Assembly: GCA_965202625.1 (NCBI GenBank)
Contig: CBDBBI010000010.1
Coordinates: 960,001 to 1,024,000, forward strand
Length of the DNA stretch: 64,000 nt
Reading direction: 5' to 3'
Source: a bacterium
GTDB taxonomy: Bacteria > UBA8248
The notes under the pieces were generated by a model, which ran no database searches, was not told the DNA's origin, and saw only the letters and a program-made list of their open reading frames with translations. This document shows positions 1-10,200 of this stretch, piece by piece. The position numbers and the translations under genes were made by a program. The first letter of the stretch is position 1. Each line of letters starts with the position of its first letter.

Positions 1-165
1 TGGGAAGATAACCGCGCTCTCTACCAATTCTTTTATGAGAATCGAGACACGACGCGCAAAAACTACAAATGAAGTTTAATTGCGCTAAGGATTTTAGCCT
101 CTAAACAAATCCGTGGGGCCGCTCCAAAGGACCTCCCCCACCGTTTCTCGTCGCTCACGCTTTCC

Positions 166-1797
166 TCAAATTCCGCGCGGTCGATCGAGGGCCGCTTTGC
201 CCTTGCGCCCTTTACCCGCTTTTCTCATGTTCTCGGTCAATTTGAACTTGTTCACGGCGTTTAGAAAGGCCTTAGCTCCCGCCTCCACGGTGTCGACGCT
301 CGCGCTGTGGCCGGCTATCTGCAAGCCTCCCTCGAATTCCACCATCATGTTAGCCTCCGCGAGCGCATCGCGGCCGCGGGTGACGGCGTTGACCGAGAAA
401 TCCACCAAACGACATTCAAGGTTCACCACCCGACAGATGGCGTTGATGGCCGCGTCCACCGGTCCGCCGCCTTGGCTCACGTCGGAGTGCGTCTTCCCTC
501 CTTCCTTGATCCGCACCGTGGCCGTGGCAGCCGGATGCGTGCCGGTGGAGGAGGTGACCTGCAAGAATTCGAGATCGTAGTAATTCTCCCCGCCACTCGC
601 GCGGTTCTCTTGCAGGAGCGCCATCAAGTCCTCGTCATAGACCTCTTTCTTCTTGTCCGCCAGCTCGATGAAGCGCGCGTAGATGCTCGTGATGTCCTGA
701 CGCGTCATCTTGAAGCCCAGCTGCTCGTAGCGCTTTCTCAGACCCGCGCGGCCGGAGTGCTTGCCGAGCACGAGGGTGTTTGAGGGTCTGCCCACGGACT
801 TGGGCGTCATGATCTCGTAGGTGATCGCCTTGGAGATCACCCCGTGCTGATGGATGCCGGCTTCATGGGCGAAAGCGTTCTTGCCCACTACCGCCTTGTT
901 CGGCTGCACGGGAACGCCCGTCATGGAGGTGAGGAGCCGGCTCGTGGGATAAATTTCGCGCGTCCTGACCCCCGATTTGTAGCGCAATTCGTCCGGCCGC
1001 GTGCTGATCGCCATCACAAACTCCTCGAGCGAGGCATTGCCAGCCCGCTCGCCGATGCCGTTAATGGTGCATTCCACCTGCCGGACGCCGGACTCTATCG
1101 CCACGATGCTGTTCGCCACGGCAAGTCCCAGGTCGTCGTGGCAGTGCGCGCTAAACACCACCTCGTCATGGCTCGGCACCTTTTCAAAAATGTGCTCCCA
1201 GAAACGTTTGAACTCGCTTGGGACGATGTAGCCCACCGTGTCGGGCAAGTTGATAGTCGTCGCGCCCTCCTCAATGGCGATCTTCACCGTCTCGGCCAGA
1301 AAGTCCCAATCCGAGCGTGTAGCGTCCTCCGCGCTCCATTCCACGTCCCTGCATAGCTTTCTCGCATGGCGCACCGAGGCGGCGATCTCCTTCAGGAGCG
1401 CCGTGCGCGTCATCTTAAGCTTGTGCTTGAGATGAATGTCGGAGGTGGCGATGAAAGTGTGTATTCTGGGTTTCTTCGCGTGACGCACCGCCTCCCAGCA
1501 GCGGCCAATGTCCTCGCGCGCAGAGCGCGAAAGACCAGCGACGATGGTCTTATTCACCACCTTGGCCACGTCGCGCACCGACTCGAACTCATCGTTCGAC
1601 GCAATGGGGAAGCCGGCTTCAATGACGTCCACACCGAGTTTTTCGAGTTGAATCGCTATCTGGACCTTCTGAAAATGATCCATGCTGCAACCGGGCGATT
1701 GCTCTCCGTCTCTGAGCGTGGTGTCAAATATGCGGATTCTGCTTGAGGCGCGGCCTCTAGATGGTTTCCTTTGGATTGTCACAGCTTCTCTCGCCAT
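166..1797 (-). CDS. leuA: 2-isopropylmalate synthase
   Basis: IFDTTLRDGEQSPG, HCHDDLG, GIGERAGNA, AHEAGIHQHG motifs and C-terminal regulatory domain; start placed at MAREAV, with GGGGAG SD upstream. Confidence 0.96.
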   Translation of the reverse strand: MAREAVTIQRKPSRGRASSRIRIFDTTLRDGEQSPGCSMDHFQKVQIAIQLEKLGVDVIEAGFPIASNDEFESVRDVAKVVNKTIVAGLSRSAREDIGRCWEAVRHAKKPRIHTFIATSDIHLKHKLKMTRTALLKEIAASVRHARKLCRDVEWSAEDATRSDWDFLAETVKIAIEEGATTINLPDTVGYIVPSEFKRFWEHIFEKVPSHDEVVFSAHCHDDLGLAVANSIVAIESGVRQVECTINGIGERAGNASLEEFVMAISTRPDELRYKSGVRTREIYPTSRLLTSMTGVPVQPNKAVVGKNAFAHEAGIHQHGVISKAITYEIMTPKSVGRPSNTLVLGKHSGRAGLRKRYEQLGFKMTRQDITSIYARFIELADKKKEVYDEDLMALLQENRASGGENYYDLEFLQVTSSTGTHPAATATVRIKEGGKTHSDVSQGGGPVDAAINAICRVVNLECRLVDFSVNAVTRGRDALAEANMMVEFEGGLQIAGHSASVDTVEAGAKAFLNAVNKFKLTENMRKAGKGRKGKAALDRPRGI

Positions 1798-2331
1798 GAG
1801 TGAAACGCTCCCCATGAATGTCGTTTGATTTGATTTCAATGGATACTCGCCTCGCCGGAGCGTGCGTCCATGATTCTGGCGGATGTCCTGGCGCAAGGCG
1901 GATAAACGCGGCGGTTTCCTAGAGAGGCAGTGGATGGCGGGGCGTTTTGAGCGCGCCCCAAGACCTCCCCCAATCCTGATGTACCATCTCGGCAAAACTC
2001 CATATCCACGACGTGAAGTGGGGGGGACAACGCGAAGACAATGCCCGCGCGATCCTCGAAAAGCACTCTCCCTTATCAATTATGCGGTCGTCTAGGTCAA
2101 GCCCCTCTTTCGTTTTTTTCTCTATTTCAAGGAAATTTCTAAGGATAAAAATCGAAATTTTGAATTTACTGCGCGGCGCGCGGATGGGTTTCATCCGTCC
2201 GGCGAACGGACGTGCAACCGCTTTCAGGATTTTGAGGGATTCTCGAGGAGAAGGAGTCTAGATCTCCGAGACCTGTCGTGCACGATGGCGGCCCATCGGC
2301 CTGGCGCAAAGCAGGGGGATGCGCTTCCAGG

Positions 2332-3093
2332 CTACTGCGCGCACTGGCCGCCGTCCACCACTAGGGCGGTGCCCGTCATAAAACTCGAGGCGTCGCTCGC
2401 CAGAAAGAGAATCGCGCCTTTCAGCTCCTCGGGCTGGCCGACCCGCCCCATCGGGATATGGGCTTTGATCATCTTGTCGCCTGCCTCAGAAGCAAAAAAT
2501 TTCCGGTTGATGTCACTTAGAAAATATCCTGGGGCCAAGGCATTCACCCGCACACTCGCCCTCGCCCACTCAAGGGCGAGAGTCTTGGTGAGCTGAATGA
2601 CGCCGCCCTTGCTCGCCGCATAGGCGGAAAGCATTTTCACGCCGACCAGCCCGGCAACGGAGGCCACGTTCACGATCGCCCCCCCTCCGCGCCCGGCCAT
2701 GGCGGTGCCCACCGCCTGACACATCAGAAAAGTTCCCCTCAGGTTCGTCTCTATCACTTTGTTCCACCGCTCGATCGGTAGATCAGAGGCCCAGCCCTCC
2801 CCGCTGACACCGCTGTTGTTCACTAGAATGTCGATGCCGCCCAGTTTGTATTCCACCTCACGCGCCGCATCAAGGATGGAGTCATGACTGGTCAAATCGC
2901 AGCAAACGGCGTACGCCTCCCGCCCCAGGGCGCGAATCTCCTCCGCACTCTCGTCAAGTTTCTCCTTCCGCCGCGCCGCTAGCGCGACGTCGGCGCCCGC
3001 CTCCGCCAGAGCGTGGGCCATCGCGCGACCAAGCCCCGTGCCCCCACCCGTCACCAACGCTCTTTTTCCCTTCAGGCCAAATGGATGTGGCAA
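2332..3093 (-). CDS. Classical SDR oxidoreductase (KduD/gluconate 5-dehydrogenase-like)
   Basis: TGGGTGLG Rossmann motif, NNSG, YAASK catalytic motif, VDGG tail. Confidence 0.9.
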   Translation of the reverse strand: MPHPFGLKGKRALVTGGGTGLGRAMAHALAEAGADVALAARRKEKLDESAEEIRALGREAYAVCCDLTSHDSILDAAREVEYKLGGIDILVNNSGVSGEGWASDLPIERWNKVIETNLRGTFLMCQAVGTAMAGRGGGAIVNVASVAGLVGVKMLSAYAASKGGVIQLTKTLALEWARASVRVNALAPGYFLSDINRKFFASEAGDKMIKAHIPMGRVGQPEELKGAILFLASDASSFMTGTALVVDGGQCAQ

Positions 3094-3129
3094 TTCGGTT
3101 CTCTCCCAAAATCGAAAATTCCCTCGCCT

Positions 3130-3334
3130 TTTCCCACAAAATTCGTGAATAACCTGTGGATAAATATGTGATGAGAGCTACTAAAATCCCTTTTTTCATT
3201 CATTTAAAGCATTTTGTCTCAGATTGGAGCATATCCAATAAAATCAATGATATCAATAACATATATAAAATTTTCGCTTATTTTGCCTTTATACTTCGTC
3301 TTGAAAATCGATCTTGCAAAGGTTTTGTGGACAA
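3130..3334. promoter_or_regulatory. AT-rich DnaA-box cluster, candidate replication origin
   Basis: Perfect TGTGGATAA at 3155-3163; one-mismatch boxes at 3130-3138, 3144-3152 and 3326-3334; conspicuously AT-rich compared with the rest of the window. Confidence 0.5.
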
Positions 3335-3376
3335 AAATTCGTCGCATTCGCCCTCACGTCAACCCCTTTGGAATTT

Positions 3377-3967
3377 TTATTTTGTTTGATCATCCTCCTT
3401 GGCCATGCACACCGGTCTCGACTCATAAAACCATAAAGCCGTCGCGCCGTAGTTTTCCTCTCGTAGGAGCCTAGCCCCGCTCACCTCGTCCTTCGCCACA
3501 CCTCTCGGGGCCTCGAGCACCACGAGGGGACATATCGGCTTCTCGCCGAAGAGAACCCCGAGCACCTCTAGGCGCAGCGCGTCGTCCCACCAGGGCGGAT
3601 CGGCAAAGGCGAGATGAATTTCGCATCCCGAATCCGCCCGGATGCGCTCGATCTCGGCGAGAGCGTCCGCGCAACGCACATTGAGTCCTTCCAACAGACC
3701 GAGAGTTCGAGCGTTTTTCCGGATCGCCGCGCAGAGACGTGGGTTCCTCTCCACGGCGATGACGCGCGCGGCGCCCCGACTCAGCGCCTCAAGGGAGATT
3801 GCGCCTGAACCCGCACACAGGTCGAGCACACGCGCTCCGTCCAACGTCTGTCCCCAGACATTGAATAGCGCCTCCCTCACGCGCTCGCCCGTGGGCCGCA
3901 CGCCGCCTTCTCTGGGCGATGGAATCCTGCGGCTTCTCGCAACACCACTAATTATCCGAAGTGACAC
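3377..3967 (-). CDS. rsmD: 16S rRNA m2G966 methyltransferase RsmD family
   Basis: LRIISG..R.R, RPTGERVREALFN, LDLCAGSG..SLEALSRGA, DPPW. Confidence 0.9.
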   Translation of the reverse strand: MSLRIISGVARSRRIPSPREGGVRPTGERVREALFNVWGQTLDGARVLDLCAGSGAISLEALSRGAARVIAVERNPRLCAAIRKNARTLGLLEGLNVRCADALAEIERIRADSGCEIHLAFADPPWWDDALRLEVLGVLFGEKPICPLVVLEAPRGVAKDEVSGARLLREENYGATALWFYESRPVCMAKEDDQTK

Positions 3968-3975
3968 CAGCGGCC

Positions 3976-4884
3976 TCAGAGCCGCTCAAAGTGAGCCAGT
4001 TCGCCGAAGGCCCGATAGCGTTCGTTGATCTCCGCTATCGAGAGCGACTTCATGCGGTCGTAGCTAAACAATTCTACGTTGAACGAGGCCATGACGCTGC
4101 CGAAGATGACCGCCTTGCGCATTACCGCTTCACTCATCTCCCCCGTGGCGGCGAGATAGCCCATAAAACCGCCGGCGAAGCTGTCGCCCGCGCCCGTAGG
4201 GTCATGGACTTCCTCGAGCGGCAGTCCAGGCGCGGAGAACATTCCGTTCTCATGAAAGAGCAATGCGCCGTACTCGCCCTGCTTCACCACCAGGGTTTTC
4301 GGCCCGAACGCGCGAATCCGGCTCGCCGCGCGCGCGATGTTCGCCTCTCCCGAGAGGGCGCGCGCCTCGGCATCGTTGATGATGACTATATCCACCATCG
4401 AGAGAGTCTCGATCAACGCCTCACGCTTGCCCTCAATCCAGAAGTTCATGGTGTCGCACGCCACGAGCCGAGAGGAATTCGTTTGGGCGAGAACGGCAGC
4501 CTGAAGCGCGGGGTCGATGTTGGCGAGAAAGACGAATTCTGTTTTCCGAAAAGCCTCCGGCAAACGGGGCGAGAACTGCTCGAACACGTTCAACTGGGTG
4601 TCGAGCGTGTGGGCGACGTTCAGGTCGAAACCGTATTCCCCCCTCCATCGAAACGTTTTTCCCGCTCTCCTCTCAAGACCAGATATATCGACACCCCGCT
4701 CCTTGAGGAATTCAAGCGTGGCTTCAGGAAAATCCACTCCCACCACGGCCACGAGCCGCACGGCGGTAAAATAGCTCGCAGCGATCGAGAAGTAAGTGGC
4801 AGAGCCGCCCACCGCCTCATCGCGCGCGTCAAAAGGCGTCTTCACCGAATCGATCGCCATCGAACCGACCACTAAAAGACTCAT
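3976..4884 (-). CDS. PfkB family carbohydrate/nucleoside kinase
   Basis: VVGSMAIDSV, GGSATY, DPTGAGDSFAGG PfkB signature; GGAGG SD before MSLLVV. Confidence 0.92.
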   Translation of the reverse strand: MSLLVVGSMAIDSVKTPFDARDEAVGGSATYFSIAASYFTAVRLVAVVGVDFPEATLEFLKERGVDISGLERRAGKTFRWRGEYGFDLNVAHTLDTQLNVFEQFSPRLPEAFRKTEFVFLANIDPALQAAVLAQTNSSRLVACDTMNFWIEGKREALIETLSMVDIVIINDAEARALSGEANIARAASRIRAFGPKTLVVKQGEYGALLFHENGMFSAPGLPLEEVHDPTGAGDSFAGGFMGYLAATGEMSEAVMRKAVIFGSVMASFNVELFSYDRMKSLSIAEINERYRAFGELAHFERL

Positions 4885-5257
4885 GTCCCCCTCCATTCCT
4901 GCTTGACCATGTGATGATGATGAAGGACTCCACCGGGGATGTCGAACGTCCACCGGCCCCACCCGGCGGCCCAAACGGGAGACACCGCATTATCGCCAGC
5001 CGTTCTACGGAATGCTAACTCTAACCACAAAGGGTGCGCAGTTCAAAGGGCGAAGCCATTACTTAGGCGAAATGCGCCTCTTCCGCGCGAAACTCACATT
5101 GAAATTTGCACTTCCTCAAGAGCGCCTGTTTTCGCGTAAAGTGTGAAAATGTGCTTTAATATCTCCCCGAGAGCAGAAGCGGGAACCTCCGCAGGCCGCC
5201 CCACGTAGAGCGTTTGACGCAACCTTCTCGGTTCGTTCATAGGGCAAGGGAGATCGC

Positions 5258-6355
5258 ATGGAGACGAAACACCCCCTCGCCAGCCGCGAGGAGCTGACGA
5301 ACCTCGATTTTTTCAACGACTTGGCCGAGCGATATCTCGCAGTCAACGGCCTTGAGGCGCGCTGGGTGCCGTTTTCCAAAAAAGAGATAATCCCCGACCG
5401 AAAAACGGTCGAGCGCATGCACTACCTCATTTCCCTGGCCCGGGCGGTGGAGGAGACGCTCGATTCCGCCTTTCGCGCTGGCCACATCCCCGGCACCGCC
5501 TTCTTTGGCAGGGGAAACGAGGGCGCCAGCGTGGCGAGCGCCATGTGCCTGCGCGATCACGAATGGCTCGTGCCTATGCACAGAAACTGCGGCGCCCATT
5601 TGGCGAAGGGACATCCGCCCCGCAGCATCATGTCGCATTTCTTCGGGCGCGCTGACGGTCCCTCGGGCGGGCGTGACGGAAATTTTCACATGGGCTATCG
5701 ACCCAAGCGGATCACCCAGCTGATCAGCCACATCGGCACCATGGCACCCATCGCCGCCGGCGTGGCGTGGGCAGCGAAGGCGCGTGGGAGGGGCGAGGCC
5801 ACCCTCACCTACATCGGCGATGGAGGAACGAGCTCGGGCGACTTCCACGAGGCGGTGAACCTCGCCGCCGTCAGGAAGCTTCCGCTCGTGGTCATGATCG
5901 ACAACAACCAATATGCTTACAAAACTCTTTTGAGCGATCAGTACGCGTGCGACGCCCTCGCCCTCAGGGCACCCGGATACGGCGTCCCCGGCTTCCTCAT
6001 CGACGGGACGAACGCGTCCTTGGTGCATCGAGTGTGTGGGGAGGCGCTCGCGCGCGCAAGGGCGGGCGACGGCCCCACGCTTATTGAGAGCGTCACCATC
6101 CGCGCGAGCGGCCATTCGGTCTATGACAAATTTTCTGACTACGTGGACATGGCGCATCTTGAGAAATGGATCGCCGAGCGCGACCCCATTAAGCGTCTCG
6201 ACGAAACGCTCATCCAGTTTGGAATCATGACGGCGGACGAGGTCGCCTCCTCCCGCGAAAAGGCGAGGATGGATGCGGAAGCCGCGCGAGATGAGGCGCT
6301 CAGGAGCCCGATGCCGGACCCCGCACACCTCACGGAAGGAGTGTTCGCCGAATGA
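5258..6355 (+). CDS. 2-oxoacid dehydrogenase E1 alpha subunit (TPP-dependent)
   Basis: GDGGTSSGDFHEAVNLA...NNQYA TPP-binding motif. Confidence 0.92.
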   Translation: METKHPLASREELTNLDFFNDLAERYLAVNGLEARWVPFSKKEIIPDRKTVERMHYLISLARAVEETLDSAFRAGHIPGTAFFGRGNEGASVASAMCLRDHEWLVPMHRNCGAHLAKGHPPRSIMSHFFGRADGPSGGRDGNFHMGYRPKRITQLISHIGTMAPIAAGVAWAAKARGRGEATLTYIGDGGTSSGDFHEAVNLAAVRKLPLVVMIDNNQYAYKTLLSDQYACDALALRAPGYGVPGFLIDGTNASLVHRVCGEALARARAGDGPTLIESVTIRASGHSVYDKFSDYVDMAHLEKWIAERDPIKRLDETLIQFGIMTADEVASSREKARMDAEAARDEALRSPMPDPAHLTEGVFAE

Positions 6356-7344
6356 CTACCTACCGAGAAGCGTTGAGCATCGCCCTCTGGGAGGAGATGG
6401 AGCGTGATGAGGACGTGTTCCTCATGGGCGAGGATATCGGCCTAGGCGGCGGCGCTTTCTACGTCACGAAGGGTTTTCTACAAAAATTCGGTCGCGATCG
6501 CGTAGTGGACGTCCCCCTGAGCGAGGCGGGCTTCACGGGCGCGGCGATTGGAGCGGCGCTCTGCGGAATGCGGCCTGTGGTGGAGTTTCAGTTCGCCGAC
6601 TTTGTGACTGAAGCCTACAAGATGATCGTGGATTTCGCAGCCGGTAACCATTACCGGCAAATGGGGGCCGTGCCCATCGTTCTGCGCCTGCCCTCCGCCG
6701 CGCTAACGAGCGCGGGCCCCTTTCACAGTCAAAACCCCGAAATCTGGTTCTACGGGACGCCAGGACTCAAGATCGTCGCCCCTACCACCGCCCGCGACGT
6801 CAAAGGAATGATGAAGCAGGCGATTCGGGACCCCAATCCCGTCATCTTCATGGAATACAAGAAATTTTATAATTATCCGGTCGATGAACTTCCGGAGGCG
6901 TTAAGGCCCGAAATTCCTTCGGGCGACTACACAGTGCCCTTTGGCGAGGCAAGAACCTTGCGGGCGGGCAATGACGTCTCGCTCATCACGTTCGGCACGA
7001 CGGTGCTCGAAGCCCTTGAGGCGGCAGATGTTCTCTATGCCGAGGGCGTGTCGGTGGAAGTAGTCGATCTAAGAACCCTTGTTCCGCTTGATAAGGCAGC
7101 AATACTCAAAAGCGCAAGGAAAACGGGAAAAATCCTATTCCTTCACGAGGCGAGAAAGCGAGGGGGCGTAGGGGGCGAGTTGGCCGCCATCGTGGGAGAG
7201 GAGATCTTTACGCATCTCGACGCCCCCATCCGCCGCATCGGTGCGCCGGACATCCATGTCCCTCTCAGCCCTCCACTCGAGCATGCCTATCTGCCCAATA
7301 CGGAGAAGGTGGTGACCGAGTTGCGCGACCTCGCCGCGTTCTAA
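6352..7344 (+). CDS. 2-oxoacid dehydrogenase E1 beta subunit
   Basis: MGEDIG..GG, PLSEAG..G.AIG, EFQFADF, HSQ, DLRTLVPLD; ATGA overlap with E1 alpha. Confidence 0.93.
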   Translation: MTTYREALSIALWEEMERDEDVFLMGEDIGLGGGAFYVTKGFLQKFGRDRVVDVPLSEAGFTGAAIGAALCGMRPVVEFQFADFVTEAYKMIVDFAAGNHYRQMGAVPIVLRLPSAALTSAGPFHSQNPEIWFYGTPGLKIVAPTTARDVKGMMKQAIRDPNPVIFMEYKKFYNYPVDELPEALRPEIPSGDYTVPFGEARTLRAGNDVSLITFGTTVLEALEAADVLYAEGVSVEVVDLRTLVPLDKAAILKSARKTGKILFLHEARKRGGVGGELAAIVGEEIFTHLDAPIRRIGAPDIHVPLSPPLEHAYLPNTEKVVTELRDLAAF

Positions 7345-7416
7345 GCCAGAGGCGCATCTGGCGCGTTTCGATACTTTGGAGTAAAATGGATTTCCCTCAT
7401 ATCCCCTGGAGCCGAG

Positions 7417-8685
7417 ATGTACACCGCGCGCATCAGAATGCCCCGCATGGGAACCAGCGTGCACGAGAGCACGGTGGTGGCCTGGAGAAAAGGGGTGGGC
7501 GACGAAGTGTCAAAGGGGGAGGTGCTCCTCTCCGCGGAGAGCGACAAGGTGGAATTTGAGGTTGAGGCCCCCGCAGACGGCAGGGTCACTGAAATTCTCG
7601 CGCGCGACGAGGAGACGGTGCCCGTGGGCGAGGTGCTGGCGACCATGGAGACCGAAACCGAGATTTTGGACGAAACCCCCGCCCAGGCAAGCGACTGGGC
7701 GGCGCCGGTCGCCCCTTTGCGGCCGAGAGATAAGTCCGTCCTACCTGCACCCCAAAAGCGGCGACGAAAGACACAGCCTTCGAACGACATGAAAACTTGG
7801 CTTTCCCCGCGCGTTCAGAGCCTCGCCGCCGCGCATGAAATCGGCTTGGACGCGCTCGCGCGGATCAAGGGCACGGGAGCGGGCGGGCGCGTTCGCGCGC
7901 GCGACATAGAGGCGTTCATCGCTGGCGGCGACCTATCACCCCGAATCAAGATGTCGGCAACCCCGCTCAGCGAGAACCTTGAAGAACACGTGGAGCCGCT
8001 GACCAGAATTCGAAAACGGATCGCGCGAAATCTCACCCGCTCCGTGCAGGAGATCCCTCAGGTCACCAGCTGGCTTGAGGTGGACATGAGTGCGGTATCG
8101 GCTTTTCGGGAAGCGAACAAGGCGGCGTTCTACGACAAATATCGCCGTCCCCTTACCTATACGCCTTTCTTCGTCATGGCCATCGTTTACGCGCTCAGGA
8201 ATCGCGACCATGAGCGCTTCAACGCCACGTTCGAAGACGACGTCCTCATCATCAAGCGATTCGTGAACCTTGGGATCGCCGTGGACTCTGGGGACGGCCT
8301 CGTGGTTCCCGTGCTCAAGTCGGCGGACGCCCTGAATCTGATCGATCTCTCGACGAGTCTTGACGAGCTCGCCGTCCGGACGCGGGAGGGGGCGCTGCAA
8401 CCCGACGACGCCCAGGGCGGAACCCTCACGCTCACCAACTTCGGCGCCTCCGGCGTTCTGGGTGGCAACCCCATCATCAACCCCCCGGAGGTGGCCATCA
8501 TCGGGACGGGCGCCATCGCCCCAAGACCCGTCGCGCTTACGGGCGGGGCCATCGCCGTCCGACCCATCATGACACTGGCGATCACCTTCGACCACCGCGT
8601 CAACGATGGCATGGCGGCCGGAAGGTTCGCCGCGGACATCTGCTCCGCGCTCGAGAACATGAACTTCTCTCTGTTGGAGTATTAA
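7417..8685 (+). CDS. Dihydrolipoamide acyltransferase E2
   Basis: Lipoyl ESDKV, peripheral-subunit-binding GTGAGGRV, catalytic DHRVNDG. Confidence 0.93.
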   Translation: MYTARIRMPRMGTSVHESTVVAWRKGVGDEVSKGEVLLSAESDKVEFEVEAPADGRVTEILARDEETVPVGEVLATMETETEILDETPAQASDWAAPVAPLRPRDKSVLPAPQKRRRKTQPSNDMKTWLSPRVQSLAAAHEIGLDALARIKGTGAGGRVRARDIEAFIAGGDLSPRIKMSATPLSENLEEHVEPLTRIRKRIARNLTRSVQEIPQVTSWLEVDMSAVSAFREANKAAFYDKYRRPLTYTPFFVMAIVYALRNRDHERFNATFEDDVLIIKRFVNLGIAVDSGDGLVVPVLKSADALNLIDLSTSLDELAVRTREGALQPDDAQGGTLTLTNFGASGVLGGNPIINPPEVAIIGTGAIAPRPVALTGGAIAVRPIMTLAITFDHRVNDGMAAGRFAADICSALENMNFSLLEY

Positions 8686-8691
8686 AACCCC

Positions 8692-9606
8692 ATGGCCAGA
8701 CCCAACGCCGACACCCCCCTGCGTTCGATGCTCTTCATCCCCGGCTCAAGCGAGAAGATGGTGGGCAAGGCACCCACCATTGAGGCGGACGCCGCCCTTT
8801 TCGATCTTGAGGATTCCGTCGCCCCCAAAATGAAGGTGGAGGCGCGAAAGCTCGTTCGGGCCGGAATCAAGGAGACGAGAGGGACGACGAACGGCCCATC
8901 CACTATCCTCGTGCGCGTGAATGACATGGAATCAGGCCTCGTGGAGGACGACATCGACGCCATCGTCGCCGAAGGACTCGACGGCGTGTTTCTGCCCAAG
9001 CCCGAGAGCGCGGCGGACGTGAGGAGGGTGGATGCGCTTTTGGCGGAGCGCGAGCGCGAGCGCGGACTCGAGGTGGGTGGCATCGGCGTCATCGCCCAGA
9101 TCGAGAGCGCCGCGGGCGTAGTCCACTGCTACCAGATATGCACGGCGGCGCCCCGCGTCGTGGGGGTGAACCTAGGCAGCGCGGAGGACGCGGACCTGTG
9201 CCGCAGCCTGGGCGCTACCTGGACACAGGATGGCGCCACCCTGCTTTACACGCGAAGCAAGGTGCTGGTCGATGCGCGGGCCGCGCGTCTGCCGCATCCC
9301 ACCGACGGCGTCTACATGCGCCTCAAAGACGACGCGGGCTGCCGGGCGGACGCGAGGTTCGCCCAAAGGCTCGGCTACACCGGCAAGGCGGCGATCCACC
9401 CCAGGCAGGTGCCCATCTTCAACGAGGTATTCTCTCCGAGCGCGGAGGAGACTTCCTACTACGCTGAGATGATAGCCGCCTACAAGGAGGGCGAGGCCCA
9501 AGGGCTTGGGGCCGTCTCCTTCCAGGGCAAGATGATCGACGTCGCTATGATCAAGCACGCGGAAAACGTCCTCACACGCGCGCGCGCGATCGCCAACAAA
9601 TCATAA
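8692..9606 (+). CDS. CitE/HpcH-family CoA-ester lyase (citryl-/malyl-CoA lyase-like)
   Basis: RSMLFIPG, FDLEDSV, VRVN, IES, GKAAIHPRQ, GKMID motifs. Confidence 0.9.
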   Translation: MARPNADTPLRSMLFIPGSSEKMVGKAPTIEADAALFDLEDSVAPKMKVEARKLVRAGIKETRGTTNGPSTILVRVNDMESGLVEDDIDAIVAEGLDGVFLPKPESAADVRRVDALLAERERERGLEVGGIGVIAQIESAAGVVHCYQICTAAPRVVGVNLGSAEDADLCRSLGATWTQDGATLLYTRSKVLVDARAARLPHPTDGVYMRLKDDAGCRADARFAQRLGYTGKAAIHPRQVPIFNEVFSPSAEETSYYAEMIAAYKEGEAQGLGAVSFQGKMIDVAMIKHAENVLTRARAIANKS

Positions 9607-9615
9607 ACGGATCGC

Positions 9616-10200
9616 ATGGCGAACGGCGAAGACGATCCCATCGAACATTTTTTCGCCCAGCCATGACCTGACGGCCTACCCGTCGTCCCGATCAAGGTGC
9701 GCCTGACAGAGATGCTCGCGAAACCGCGTCCTGGATGAAGCTCATCGGCCATGCACCGCCCACGAATCATCCGTCCACCATGGAGCTGGATGTGGGCTAG
9801 AATACCTCCCCCTGCTGGCATGCGCGCTCGCCTGCATCCTGGACCCGCGCTCAACATGAACAGCATCCAAGCACAATGAACCCGGTCAGCTCCCTATTAT
9901 GAGAACGGCTCCTCCCCCCGCGAGGTTAGCGTGCGGGGCGGCACGGGCTGCTTCCGTCCCAGATTTCGGGCGAACGCGACCATCGGGCGCGCTCATGCTC
10001 CTCAACCTGGGGGCGGGGTGCCCGGCGTGATAGACATGAGCACGTTCGGCACTCCCCAGTAAGTTCACGTATTGCGTCCGCGAGAGCGAGGAGTTCAGAA
10101 CCTCGCCTTCTTTGCCCGAGGAGCGGAGATTCAGGAGGGATGAGAACGTCGCCACCGTCTGCGGCGAGGAAGCGGACACCCTCCCTCGCCGCCATCACGC
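9616..10200 (+). pseudogene. Decayed conserved hypothetical gene (DGLPVVP / RANATIGRA family)
   Basis: Fragments in shifting frames: FFAQP*PDGLPVVP, FRANATIGRA, LNLGGGVPGVIDMSTFGTP, KFTYCVRESEE; several stops and indels. Confidence 0.6.

Noticed and set aside
4890-5010. tRNA or riboswitch upstream of the pfkB gene (GTTCGA seen on the - strand)
   Set aside because: No cloverleaf or recognisable aptamer consensus could be built
9664-9666. In-frame TGA as a third selenocysteine
   Set aside because: Appears to align with Trp of the family motif and lies in a multiply disrupted relic; more likely a TGG>TGA nonsense change
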